A stretch of 63,314 bases of DNA from a virus. This document shows, piece after piece, positions 28,001-36,616 of the stretch. Each line of letters begins with the position of its first letter. Positions within the stretch are counted from its first letter, which is position 1. Below the pieces are notes generated by a model. The model did no database searches. It was given only the letters and a program-made list of their open reading frames with translations, and had not been told where the DNA came from. A program made the position numbers and the translations under genes. The stretch spans positions 1 through 63,314 of the IMG/VR virus record IMGVR_UViG_3300029536_000008; one strand, written 5' to 3'.

Positions 28001-28594
28001 TTTAATATCTGCATCAATCTTTTTCATAGCCTCTTTATTGGCTATGGTATCAGCCGTTAACTTAGTAACTTCGCCATCATATGCCTGTACGGTGTCGATT
28101 ATGGCGGCATAGTTCATATTTGCCGCCTGCAATTGAGTGGATGCCTGGCTTATTATATTACTTGCTGTTTGGGTACTTTTAGCCGCATTATCCTGCGCCG
28201 AAGACACCTGGTTGGATGCGGAAGATAATCCGGCAAGCATATCACTTGCATTCTTGATATTTTTAGCGAACTGTTCAAACAGAAGGTTTAACTTTTGCAA
28301 AGATGACATTGAATTTAGTTGCTGGGATACTTGACGTAGCACGGTAAGTTGTTTTGCCTGAATAGATGCCATATTTTCTTGCGTCTTATTCAATTTCTCC
28401 AACAGCGAGGTATAATTACGTGCTTTTTGGGAAAGTTCATCAAATGTTTTGGGATTAGTTTTTACTCCTTGCGCCAACTCCTTAGCAAGCTCCACATAAG
28501 ACCCTTTTGTACTATCAAATTCAAGACGGAGTTCCTTTAATTGTTGTACGGCTTTTTTGTCGACTAAATCGGTAATTATAAATTCGTTTGCCAT
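25049..28594 (-). CDS. Tail tape measure protein
   Basis: 1181 aa. Long coiled-coil, A/Q/K/E-rich, with internal hydrophobic segments (VVVGITILTAY; ALAITEALPNLVLAALVGAMGAAQVALIAA). Confidence 0.85.
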   Translation of the reverse strand: MANEFIITDLVDKKAVQQLKELRLEFDSTKGSYVELAKELAQGVKTNPKTFDELSQKARNYTSLLEKLNKTQENMASIQAKQLTVLRQVSQQLNSMSSLQKLNLLFEQFAKNIKNASDMLAGLSSASNQVSSAQDNAAKSTQTASNIISQASTQLQAANMNYAAIIDTVQAYDGEVTKLTADTIANKEAMKKIDADIKALGKSYKDGEITLSEYIRQSSLLKQRHTELMAQNQQYSALIKNHSTAIISASGSYYEMNAAMLELQKRYKALSEADRESSVGKNLIAQANALNNKLKEIDSQFGNYQRNVGNYASSWNGLQMQVQQIARELPNAALGLNMFIIAISNNLPMLIDEIKRTSDEVQRLRMEGQKTVSVWKQLMGAVFSWQTAVVVGITILTAYRNEISDWVASLFRGKKALDGIISVQDKLRIAQKGAIRDTIEERIKLELLYKAATDNKKAMEERIVAANELKSTFPKLFDNYTKEQIMTGNAKDAYRLLTAQIIATAKAKRVMNEVTKAATNYEETEFKRLNQVYTVEKARAEYQKFVDTGLSRTEAGIDAKKKLEAEEATLKALKEQGIQYKNQMNDLGKLVDVKALVNDPGKNNKAYDDEKKKVEEYAEYIKKITEDLSKSKIELIADGREREIAEISKEYYDRIKEIKGRTDEEIELRKNLETLKGKAIAEINDKYDKELLEIEKTNLENRLASIGENSNEELDKRLNLQIQLNNMMRDAEIKDAEKNGEDVVAIRMKYMQRENSLIMRNLQERIGLIEANTDKVVNEQETSALKEANIIKKQYANGEISKEDYEKKLYDIGVKYAKARLETLMKEAEAEMSLLDPNSEKYQELEDRLANLQAQINGINYDDATKKREEWIGKFKEGLSGMNSAARDALGETAGIFEGLSDIMVDVAEDGKLSFENMAQAVGKIVSGITSLMTDIYDAQIENIEKEQEANDEAYDKEIERIEALEENGAISTEEAEARKRAAEDKTAAKNAELEKKKAALQEKQAKWNKANSIIQAGIFTALAITEALPNLVLAALVGAMGAAQVALIAAQPIPKYAKGTKDHPGGLAIVGDGGKKEGIVTNNGLFITPDKPTLVDLPAHAQVIPDLSYIYDRRGLTSDYGLLEQKLKNMREEGIVVNVNNDYSRLERKMESNTKQLQNIGRIMKKANHIADYNWISSRV

Positions 28595-28635
28595 AAGTCC
28601 TAATATTGGGTGTCATGCAACATCACATGGTGATA

Positions 28636-28643
28636 CAAAGATA
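28636..28643 (-). promoter_or_regulatory. -7 box TATCTTTG upstream of the tape measure gene
   Basis: rc of caaagata, 42 nt upstream of ATG 28594 and downstream of the terminator at 28706-28735. Confidence 0.35.
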
Positions 28644-28705
28644 TTGAATTATTTATAATTTTCTAAATAAGAAAGGCAAAAATGAAAATCATAAAAGGGA
28701 AGAGA

Positions 28706-28735
28706 AAAAGAAAAAGCCAGACATTACATCTGGCT
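28706..28735 (-). terminator. Rho-independent terminator ending the moron cassette
   Basis: - strand reads agccaga-tgtaatg-tctggc followed by tttttcttttt. Confidence 0.6.
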
Positions 28736-28766
28736 TTATTATTTGGAAATAATCTTAAGAATACAA

Positions 28767-29180
28767 TTAGTATATCACTGCATTTCCACTGATTATATAT
28801 ACCGGTAAATTAGACCTACCCTTTTCTATTTTTTCAATACTAAACGAAATAATCCCATTTGCGCCCATCTCTTTGGCTTTATTAACTGCGGATGAAATCA
28901 TTCTTTCATAAGTAGGGACATAATATTTTCCAATAGATATGCTTCTTTTTTCATGCACATAGTTTCTATCTTCTTTTTTTACTTTATTTCCTGAATGAAA
29001 CTCCAAATATATTGGACCTACGGGAGTAAAATCCTTATTCCCAATTTCAGTAGGATTAATTACAAAGTTAGGGTCTTTGACATATTCTCTATAATCAAGG
29101 GAATATCCTATTTCATAATAAGTGCTCTTACATGATGTTACTGATAGCAAAATCAGAAACAAAAATAATAGTTTTTTCAT
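28767..29180 (-). CDS. Lipoprotein with a YbjQ/UPF0145-like C-terminal domain
   Basis: MKKLLFLFLILLSVTSC lipobox. Contains MGANGIISFSIE...ISGNAVIY. Confidence 0.55.
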   Translation of the reverse strand: MKKLLFLFLILLSVTSCKSTYYEIGYSLDYREYVKDPNFVINPTEIGNKDFTPVGPIYLEFHSGNKVKKEDRNYVHEKRSISIGKYYVPTYERMISSAVNKAKEMGANGIISFSIEKIEKGRSNLPVYIISGNAVIY

Positions 29181-29324
29181 AAGCCTTTAAATGTTATCAG
29201 ATTTTTTTATGTTACATAAAAGATATTTGTTTTAAGTTTTGTTTGCAAAGTAATTCCTAATAAATCATTTTGACAATATTTTTAACGGAAATCTTTGTAA
29301 TTTAGACTGATTATAAATAGTTTA

Positions 29325-29606
29325 TCACTTCTTTTTCCCAAATAGTTCAGAGTGGCTTCCAAGCCTAAGGACTTCAATAACATCGCTCCCCTCATCAAAC
29401 CATATAAGGAGAAAATCTCCTTCGATATGGCATTCCATGCAATCCTTGTACTCACCAATCAGGACATGAGCCTTATATTTCTCCGGAAGTTCTATTTCAT
29501 TCTCCAACATACGAAACACTTCCAGTAACTTGCTCAATTTGGATGGGTTGTTCCGGTATCGCTTAAAATCTTTTTTATACTGTGTCGAATAGTGCAACTG
29601 CTTCAT
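29325..29606 (-). CDS. yafQ: Type II toxin, YafQ/RelE family mRNA interferase
   Basis: 93 aa. Contains YSTQYKKDFKRY...L...PEKYKAHVLIGEYKDCMECHIEGDFLLIW...VLRLGSHSELF. Confidence 0.8.
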   Translation of the reverse strand: MKQLHYSTQYKKDFKRYRNNPSKLSKLLEVFRMLENEIELPEKYKAHVLIGEYKDCMECHIEGDFLLIWFDEGSDVIEVLRLGSHSELFGKKK

Positions 29607-29852
29607 CTACTCACAAGATTTTATAAAGGCTTCCATACTACTGGTATCAATAACCCCGGCATATTTACCGGAACGCGCCTCGTTTATGGCTGCAACCGTC
29701 TCTTCATTAGGTTCTGAATACATTGCATCCATCAAGGTGCTTTCTACAAAATTATTCAAACTCCTGTTTGCTTTTTTGGCCTGTTCCTGCAAGATTTGCA
29801 ATAAATCCTCACGCAAGCGGAACGAAGTTTGTTTTCTTACTACTGCTTCCAT
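29607..29852 (-). CDS. Cognate RHH-type antitoxin
   Basis: Start at internal ATG (MEAVVRKQTSFRLREDLLQILQEQAKKANRSLNNFVESTL). Its stop abuts the toxin ATG. Confidence 0.7.
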   Translation of the reverse strand: MEAVVRKQTSFRLREDLLQILQEQAKKANRSLNNFVESTLMDAMYSEPNEETVAAINEARSGKYAGVIDTSSMEAFIKSCE

Positions 29853-29982
29853 ATTATTATTTGCATTACATTGTATTATATTGTACAGCAAATATAATAC
29901 ATTATATACCAAGAAGCAAACCTTTCTCTGATTTTCTTTGCACAAAAAAAGCCCCGAACCATAAGGAACGGGGCTGGAATGG

Positions 29983-30549
29983 TTATTTACTGTATTTATT
30001 CTTTAATTCTTCAATTTTAGATTGTGCATCTTTTAATGCAGTTGTCACGACTTCTGCATTTTTAACAAATACTGTGCTAGCAGAATATCTTTCAAGTTTC
30101 ATAAACCAATTGGCTTTTCCTTTTGAAACATAATAGCCAATCTGAAATCCGTCTTCTGTTATGAATTTATTTTCTAAATAGTCAGGATTACTTTGAATGT
30201 CCGAATCAACTTCACTTACTAACCTATCAAGTGCTTTATTAATTTCAACTAAATCAGAATATTCTATCATTGCAATATGAGATACACTTCTTGATGTTTC
30301 AGGTTCTTCAATGCGGTAGAAATACGCATTATTTTGACTTCCTATAATTGTTCTAATTCCTGCTTCTAAAGAACCCATAAAACTTTTGGGAATATTAGAC
30401 ATTGTAACATCTACAAACTTTGTTATAGACCCTGTCTTAGAGGAAAATTCCTCAAATTTAGTTAATTTTTTAGATTCTTCATTGTTTTGCGAATAGCATA
30501 CAAAGGGAATTATCAGCATTAAGATTATTAATACTTTTTTCATAATCAT
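29983..30549 (-). CDS. Secreted / lipoprotein-like hypothetical protein
   Basis: MIMKKVLIILMLIIPFVCYS signal sequence. 188 aa. Confidence 0.55.
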   Translation of the reverse strand: MIMKKVLIILMLIIPFVCYSQNNEESKKLTKFEEFSSKTGSITKFVDVTMSNIPKSFMGSLEAGIRTIIGSQNNAYFYRIEEPETSRSVSHIAMIEYSDLVEINKALDRLVSEVDSDIQSNPDYLENKFITEDGFQIGYYVSKGKANWFMKLERYSASTVFVKNAEVVTTALKDAQSKIEELKNKYSK

Positions 30550-30888
30550 GTATAATTTTAATGTTAAACAATGTTATTTATATAATGGCAGCAAAATAAC
30601 TGATAACTGTTTACAAATCCAAATAAATCCACATGTATCTTTACTTTGAAGGTAAAAAAGTTGTTTCCCCTTGCTTTTTTCAAAAATAGTTTGTATGTTT
30701 GTAACGTCAAAACATTCATAGGGGCGGCAAACTCCTATGGCTTCAATCATTGGAGTTGTTTTTTTGCCAATACATACCAAGTAGTATCATAAATTTAAGA
30801 TATTGCACCTACCGAGTGGGGTAACGGAAACGTCCCCAAAATAATCCTATGGATGTTTTGACAGCTCGTAGTAGGTGCATTTTTTGTT

Positions 30889-31758
30889 ATGTCAAAACAT
30901 CCTATTCAAGTCCTAAGCGAAACAGAGCTGCTGGGGCACAAATTCACGGTTTACGGAACTGCCGAAAATCCGTTGTTTCTTGCTAAAGAAGTGGCAGAGT
31001 GCATTGATTATGCGAAAACATCGCAAGGTTATTATGATGTATCAAGAATGGTAGGCACTGTAGATGAGGAAGAAAAACATCTACGAACAATCTTCGTAGA
31101 TGGTAGAAATTACGAAATGTGGTTCTTAACCGAAGATGGTTTGTATGAGGTCTTATTCCAATCCCGCAAACCAATCGCCAAAGAATTTAAGAAAGGCGTA
31201 AAGGAGATTCTAAAGACAATCCGCAAGACTGGCGGCTACATTGCCACCAAGCAGGACGACACTCCCGAAGAAATCATGGCACGTGCTCTAACCATCGCAC
31301 AAGCCACCCTTGCCAAGAGAGAGGAACGGTTAAAGCAGCTTGAAGCCCAAACGGAGCAACAGCAAGCCACCATTAAACTGCAAGACAAGGAAATCAAGGA
31401 GGCTGCTCCGAAAGTCAGCTACTACGACAACCATCTGTTGAGCGTCAATGCCATGACAACCACTCAAATCTCAAAAGAGATAGGGATGTCGGCAGAAAAA
31501 CTGAACAACAAACTGAAAGAACTTGGAATACAGTTCAAACAGTCGGGGCAGTGGCTCTTAAAATCACCATACGACAAATGGGGTATGCATGAAACGAGAA
31601 CCAATATTTTCACAAGTGAAAGAGGTAATACCCATACCAACACATATACTGTATGGACGCAGAAAGGTAGACGCTTCATTATTGCTCTATATGAAAATGA
31701 TTGGGACGTGAAGAAAGCCATTAAGCAGATAAAAGGAGAATTAGAACCCGCTGCGTAA
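30889..31758 (+). CDS. Antirepressor (BRO-N domain + KilA-C domain)
   Basis: N-terminus FTVYGTAENPLFLAKEVAECIDY...EDGLYEVLFQSRKPIAKEFKKGV. C-terminus YYDNHLLSVNAMTTTQISKEIGMSAEKLNNKLKELGIQFK. Confidence 0.8.
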   Translation: MSKHPIQVLSETELLGHKFTVYGTAENPLFLAKEVAECIDYAKTSQGYYDVSRMVGTVDEEEKHLRTIFVDGRNYEMWFLTEDGLYEVLFQSRKPIAKEFKKGVKEILKTIRKTGGYIATKQDDTPEEIMARALTIAQATLAKREERLKQLEAQTEQQQATIKLQDKEIKEAAPKVSYYDNHLLSVNAMTTTQISKEIGMSAEKLNNKLKELGIQFKQSGQWLLKSPYDKWGMHETRTNIFTSERGNTHTNTYTVWTQKGRRFIIALYENDWDVKKAIKQIKGELEPAA

Positions 31759-31880
31759 TCTAAAGTTTATAAACCAACTACTTGTGTTATCCGCATTTAT
31801 GCGGACGGATACAACTATACCCAAAAATATATTGCCACATAACCAAGCATAGATGCACGTTGAGGTTTCGACCAACGTAA

Positions 31881-31916
31881 ACGTTGTGATACCCCGCCAG
31901 CAATACGGCTGGCGGG
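31881..31916 (+). repeat. Conserved motif acgttRtgataccccgccag plus GC-rich hairpin, copy A
   Basis: cccgccagc-aatacg-gctggcggg (9-bp stem). Second copy at 43959-43995. Confidence 0.7.
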
Positions 31917-31957
31917 CAGATGGCAGGAATAACGACTAAAACAAATATTCATCTATT

Positions 31958-32137
31958 ATGGAAATCAGCACAGCAATGATGCAACACATCCTCCGATTGA
32001 CGGAAGGATATACGGATTTATTGAACGAACTTAAGGAAGTCAAGGCGGAACTTGCAGAACTCAAAGGAGAAAAGCCCAAGAAGCCGACAATTCATGAAAC
32101 CAAATACCCACACATGAGTATAATAACCAGGAAATGA
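31958..32137 (+). CDS. 59-aa coiled-coil protein, paralogue of 44063-44242
   Basis: Manual translation: MEISTAMMQHILRLTEGYTDLLNELKEVKAELAELKGEKPKKPTIHETKYPHMSIITRK. Confidence 0.5.
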   Translation: MEISTAMMQHILRLTEGYTDLLNELKEVKAELAELKGEKPKKPTIHETKYPHMSIITRK

Positions 32138-32143
32138 TTGTAT

Positions 32144-32177
32144 AAGGCGGGATAACTCCCGCCTTTGTTCTGTTTTT
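32144..32177 (+). terminator. Rho-independent terminator
   Basis: aaggcggga-taac-tcccgcctt followed by tgttctgttttt. Confidence 0.7.
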
Positions 32178-32245
32178 AATATTTTTCAATTTAAAGGCAG
32201 AAAAATTACGGGGGTTATACAAAAAACAGTGTTCTTTTTTTAATA

Positions 32246-32428
32246 TCAGAACCAAACATATTCAATCAGTTTCCCGTTGAACATTTCGCCTCTCGGGCAA
32301 AAATTGAAAACCCCGTCTTTCTCATAAAGGATATATACTTTCCCCTCCATCTTTGCGGCTTTTCTTGCAAGCGAACGCATCTTAGCTATATCTGCCATTC
32401 TCTTTTTGTTTTCACACGCACATCCCAT
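32246..32428 (-). CDS. Hypothetical small protein
   Basis: 60-aa ORF. Start overlaps the upstream stop. Confidence 0.45.
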   Translation of the reverse strand: MGCACENKKRMADIAKMRSLARKAAKMEGKVYILYEKDGVFNFCPRGEMFNGKLIEYVWF

Positions 32429-32958
32429 TATAAACCGAATTTTCTAAAATAATCCGCAATGCCTTGCTTTATATGCCTTTCCATGAATGCCTTTCTCGCA
32501 TAAGAACCGACCTTGTAAATCGCCTGTCCGTATTTCTTTTCTATATCACCGCTAAAGCTTATCCCCACACTTTCAATCCTTAGCCCCTTATCTATCGGTA
32601 CGGCTGTAATAGAATCGTGAAATTCACCCGTAATTATCAGGTTTGGCGTCCCTTTTGAACTTACAGGAGCGTTTATCAGCGAAGAATACATAAGCGGGGC
32701 TACCCTTTGCTTGAAAGCAGCATAGCCTTTGGCGTTCTTATACCAATACCCCGCTTCTTTGGTATTGAAATACGGGTCATTAAAGTAAGTAGGGCGTAAC
32801 GGTTTGTCATTTCCGTTAATACCTGACCATAGTTGTTCTACAATATATTGGGAAACTTCTTCTCTGTTTTTTACCATAATATCCCGTATCATCGGTTCAA
32901 ATCCGGTAGCAAACCGTCTGAAATTTTCTTCTGCTTCAATAATGTTAGCCATAGTCAA
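32428..32958 (-). CDS. Hypothetical head-tail/tail-module protein
   Basis: 176-aa ORF downstream of the putative major tail protein. Confidence 0.5.
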   Translation of the reverse strand: MTMANIIEAEENFRRFATGFEPMIRDIMVKNREEVSQYIVEQLWSGINGNDKPLRPTYFNDPYFNTKEAGYWYKNAKGYAAFKQRVAPLMYSSLINAPVSSKGTPNLIITGEFHDSITAVPIDKGLRIESVGISFSGDIEKKYGQAIYKVGSYARKAFMERHIKQGIADYFRKFGL

Positions 32959-33004
32959 GACAATTTAGGGGCGAATGAACGCCCCTAATTAAACGATACC
33001 ACCA

Positions 33005-33205
33005 TCATAATATACAATCATCTTTTTTCTGTCTTGCCGCACCGGAAGATGCTATATCATCGTAGATGGACGAAAGGGTTTTCTCCCTTTCTTCGGGCGG
33101 TCGGTCAAGAAAAAACACATTCTTATGTGTGTTTATGAAGTCCCTCTTCTTCATATTTCTCACCCTCTCTTCATTGAATGTTACACCTTCTACTATCATG
33201 TCCAA
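33005..33205 (-). CDS. Hypothetical small protein
   Basis: 66-aa ORF. Confidence 0.45.
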   Translation of the reverse strand: MDMIVEGVTFNEERVRNMKKRDFINTHKNVFFLDRPPEEREKTLSSIYDDIASSGAARQKKDDCIL

Positions 33206-34032
33206 GCCTCAATACCCGTAATTCCGGCTTCTTGCAATACAGAGGGAGATGCAAGGGTAACGGGGTCCTCGCCAACGGTAGTAATGACTCCGTTAGCATA
33301 AGAAGCACTTGTCGCCCCGTCCAACGCTTTTTCTGCATTCTTTGCCAGTAATTCACCGTAATACTCCGTAATATCCAAATTTCCGAAGTGCTCAATCAAT
33401 TTATACTTGTTTGATTCCGTTGATACCAAATCAACATAAACCAACCCTTTCAATGCATCAACGACATCAAAATCATAGGCTCTCACATCCGCGTTCTTGA
33501 TATATTTCTCGTAATCCTTGAACATGGTTGCGATAGTCAAGTTGGCTTCTGTGCCAGAAGAATCCCAGTCCTGACCGCCCGGATAAACGCCGGACAGTGG
33601 AATGCCCGCCAAATCTTTCGTACCGTCATTCATTCCGTAAATGACGTTGTTCTCATCTACAAAATAAGCATCAAATGCCACATTCTTTGCCACCATGATG
33701 TTTGCTTTCAAGCTGGCGTCGTAGTCCTGCAAAGTCCATACATCATTTTTAGCTGAATAGCTTGTGATTTTAGTAGGGCCGTATCCCGTAGCAGAAGTTT
33801 GAGCCTCTCCACCGGAAGGTGCATATTCCACAATCGTTTTGATAGGGAATATTCTTCCCGGACGGTCTGCATGGCAAGCCTTTTCAAAGGCTTCCGCTGT
33901 TTTCTCTGTAGGTATCTTATGACCGTGAATAGTCAGTATGATAGCTTTTATTTTACCGGGGTCAAGCACACACACGGAACTACCTGTATTAAAAGTTGCA
34001 ACGCCCGGACACTTTCTATAATCTGTTGCCAT
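33196..34032 (-). CDS. Putative major tail protein
   Basis: 278 aa. Assigned by position, after the head-tail adaptors and before the tape measure region. Confidence 0.5.
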   Translation of the reverse strand: MATDYRKCPGVATFNTGSSVCVLDPGKIKAIILTIHGHKIPTEKTAEAFEKACHADRPGRIFPIKTIVEYAPSGGEAQTSATGYGPTKITSYSAKNDVWTLQDYDASLKANIMVAKNVAFDAYFVDENNVIYGMNDGTKDLAGIPLSGVYPGGQDWDSSGTEANLTIATMFKDYEKYIKNADVRAYDFDVVDALKGLVYVDLVSTESNKYKLIEHFGNLDITEYYGELLAKNAEKALDGATSASYANGVITTVGEDPVTLASPSVLQEAGITGIEAWT

Positions 34033-34537
34033 AACATTTTACTTCTTTAATGGTTAAATTTACATTTTTCATCTCGATAGCATCAATAAAATCACTGAAT
34101 GGCTTCCCGTCTTCTCCTATAACTCCAACCCTGCCATATCTGTAGTTTTCAATGTAGGAATGTGGAACCACATCATTGTAACTACGGACAATGTTTATGT
34201 CTTTCTTGATTTCATCCAAGAAAAGATTGTATATAGGTCGCAATACCTGCTCAAAGGAAGTTTTTTGCCGGTCTTCATTCGAATACCCTTTCAAAGTGTT
34301 TACCATAATAATAAACTCCAGGCTAACCTCTGTCTCGGCAGAACTTCTATCTTCCGTGAACGGAGAATAAAGACATATTATAGGAAACTTCAATTTACTT
34401 GTCTTGGGGCTTTTACCCCATAAAGTTAATTGATTGCTTATGTAGGCCCAGTCTCCGAATAAAAACGACACATTGCTTCCGTATCTTTTCGATACCTTTT
34501 TTACAATGTCCGCAAATATATCATTTACCGGCTTCAT
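34016..34537 (-). CDS. Head-tail joining / tail terminator-type protein
   Basis: 173 aa. Assigned by position. Confidence 0.45.
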   Translation of the reverse strand: MKPVNDIFADIVKKVSKRYGSNVSFLFGDWAYISNQLTLWGKSPKTSKLKFPIICLYSPFTEDRSSAETEVSLEFIIMVNTLKGYSNEDRQKTSFEQVLRPIYNLFLDEIKKDINIVRSYNDVVPHSYIENYRYGRVGVIGEDGKPFSDFIDAIEMKNVNLTIKEVKCYGNRL

Positions 34538-35040
34538 ATTCCCATACAGTTTATTTTACGCAACATACATGGATTGAAACATACACCAGCATATTCCTTT
34601 CCTTGCAAAAGTTTATAAACACGCTTGTTCATATTTACCATATCATTCCATGCCCTAATTTGCAAAACTTGTGGAGAAACAGCATCTCCATCGGCAGAAG
34701 TTACTGTTCCCACATTTGTTACGCTGTAATTACCGTCCGCTATATACTTGAAAAATATATAGCAAGCAATAGGGCTGTATTTTTCTGATAAAATAGCAAG
34801 CAGCCTATCCCATTTATCATCAACGCTATCTTCTTTTGAATCTTCTTTTGAGTTAAGATAATCGGTAAAAGCCTTACACATATCCTCACCAAGTATACGA
34901 ATCAAATATTCCTGTTCATATACGGAAATATATGATTCTATTTTGCCCAACTCCGCATCTCTTGTTATAGAGGGAGCGCCAGTGTCAGGATTTATCCCGA
35001 CACTCAGCAACCCGGTGAAAGATTCGTAGTCAATTATCAT
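34534..35040 (-). CDS. Head-tail connector-type protein
   Basis: 168 aa. Assigned by position. Confidence 0.45.
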   Translation of the reverse strand: MIIDYESFTGLLSVGINPDTGAPSITRDAELGKIESYISVYEQEYLIRILGEDMCKAFTDYLNSKEDSKEDSVDDKWDRLLAILSEKYSPIACYIFFKYIADGNYSVTNVGTVTSADGDAVSPQVLQIRAWNDMVNMNKRVYKLLQGKEYAGVCFNPCMLRKINCMGI

Positions 35041-35267
35041 ACCGTATCTTTTTCCGCAGATTTACGTTTAGTGAACAACTCCTCGCAACCCAACGCTCTG
35101 GCATCATTAATCAGTTCGTTTGTCGCTTCAATTTTACCCTCGGCATAAAACTTGCTCGCAAGAGCCATTCCGACTGAAACTTCATCGCCTGTTTTATACT
35201 TCACACCATCCTTGACAAATGTTACGTTATAACGCTTAGTCAGGTTTATTCTATATTCTTTTCCCAT
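35037..35267 (-). CDS. Small head-associated protein
   Basis: 76 aa, directly after the capsid gene. Confidence 0.45.
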   Translation of the reverse strand: MGKEYRINLTKRYNVTFVKDGVKYKTGDEVSVGMALASKFYAEGKIEATNELINDARALGCEELFTKRKSAEKDTV

Positions 35268-35278
35268 AATTATTCTCC

Positions 35279-36616
35279 TTATGCTTCTTGAGTGATACCT
35301 TCTATTACAGTAGAGAATGTGTCCTTTACAAATGCGGTCTTATATTGCGACTTGATATAACACATCAGCCTCTTCTCTGCGATTACAGTCACGATATTCT
35401 GGCGGAAATCGTCATTCTCCCATCCTAAGGTAATAGACAATACCCACAAGTCACGAATATTCAAGTATGAGAAATCACCCATGATGAAATCTCCTTGTTT
35501 TACTGCTGTGGTCGTTTCTACACGCAATCCCTGAATCAATTCATCTCCATATCGGAATGGGCGGAGATATTGACCGTTAGCATCCTTAGCCAACTGCATG
35601 GACGCGTAATCCAATGGGTTCATCAGTACAAGGTTCGGACGATAAGCCATTTCGCTGGTGGATACAATTTGCGAATATGCAGCCACAAGAGCATCAAACA
35701 TATTTGGCTTCTCAACATAGAAAGTAGAGAGAGAGAATGCCGGCATATCCGATGCAACGCCTTTTATTTCTCCACTAGAGCCATTGCCTGACAAAATTCC
35801 CTGCTCTTCTTTGATTCCAAGTTTATTTACCATTTCCGTTTCAACTTCATTGACGAAGCTGGGAAAATCCGACAGCGTTTCCTCTGTAAATTTAGCAGCA
35901 ATAGCCACTTTGGCAGCGGTTATTGTTTTTTCTGTCAATGTCGCATCCATCAAAGGCTTTAGCCCACCTTCAGGAACCCATGCAGCATCTCCGTCCTTGC
36001 TTGTATATTCCGCATAAACCAAAGCCCTATTATTTGTGCTTGATACATTTGCATATTTTCTAATGACGGTTTGCACTCTCGGATTAACTGATAAATTTGG
36101 GTCAACCTCAAGTCCGTAATGCGGAGCAAGGGCCCCGGAAGTAATAGTTGCAGCGTCTTTCTTTTCCAGCACAAGATTTAATCCCAACTTATTGCCGGGA
36201 GCCGACTGACAAGCCGATTTCAAATCAAGAGACATAACGCCCTTCTTGTCCGCGGCAATATACTCCTTGAGCTGTTCGTGTAGCTGCTCATAAACAGATT
36301 TAATCTTTACCTCCCCGTTTTTACCTACTTCGGTAGAAGCCTTTACACGTAAAATGGCATTCTCCAATTCATTAACCTTCTCCTCAAAAGTCTTTTTGTC
36401 AATGCCGGCAAAATCCTTTTCCTTGATGTCATTTATGGAATCAGCGGCATCCTTTATGGATTTACGCAAATCTTCCAATTTCACTTCATCCGCAAGATAG
36501 CCTTTCACTAGTTTTTCAAAGGCTTCTCCCATTTTTTCGTCCAAAGATTCAAAAAACTTCTTGTTTTCTTCGGACAAGCCGGATGTGTCCATAAGTTCTA
36601 AAAATCCTAATTTCAT
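35279..36616 (-). CDS. Major capsid protein (HK97 fold) with an N-terminal delta/scaffold-like coiled coil
   Basis: 445 aa. Follows the prohead protease. N-terminal ~110 aa helical, remainder typical phage_capsid-like. Confidence 0.8.
   Translation of the reverse strand: MKLGFLELMDTSGLSEENKKFFESLDEKMGEAFEKLVKGYLADEVKLEDLRKSIKDAADSINDIKEKDFAGIDKKTFEEKVNELENAILRVKASTEVGKNGEVKIKSVYEQLHEQLKEYIAADKKGVMSLDLKSACQSAPGNKLGLNLVLEKKDAATITSGALAPHYGLEVDPNLSVNPRVQTVIRKYANVSSTNNRALVYAEYTSKDGDAAWVPEGGLKPLMDATLTEKTITAAKVAIAAKFTEETLSDFPSFVNEVETEMVNKLGIKEEQGILSGNGSSGEIKGVASDMPAFSLSTFYVEKPNMFDALVAAYSQIVSTSEMAYRPNLVLMNPLDYASMQLAKDANGQYLRPFRYGDELIQGLRVETTTAVKQGDFIMGDFSYLNIRDLWVLSITLGWENDDFRQNIVTVIAEKRLMCYIKSQYKTAFVKDTFSTVIEGITQEA

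Noticed and set aside
25329-28540. Multiple + strand ORFs (73-153 aa) inside the tape measure gene
   Set aside because: They are low-complexity Ser/Ala/Phe/Leu-rich shadows of the K/E/A-rich coiled-coil gene on the opposite strand, with no independent signals.
30700-30895. gtcaaaacat repeated three times (once inverted) plus hairpins upstream of the antirepressor gene as a riboswitch or ncRNA
   Set aside because: The repeats are short, about 10 nt. They are more simply explained as operator/promoter elements of the divergent intergenic region, and the evidence is too weak to call a feature.
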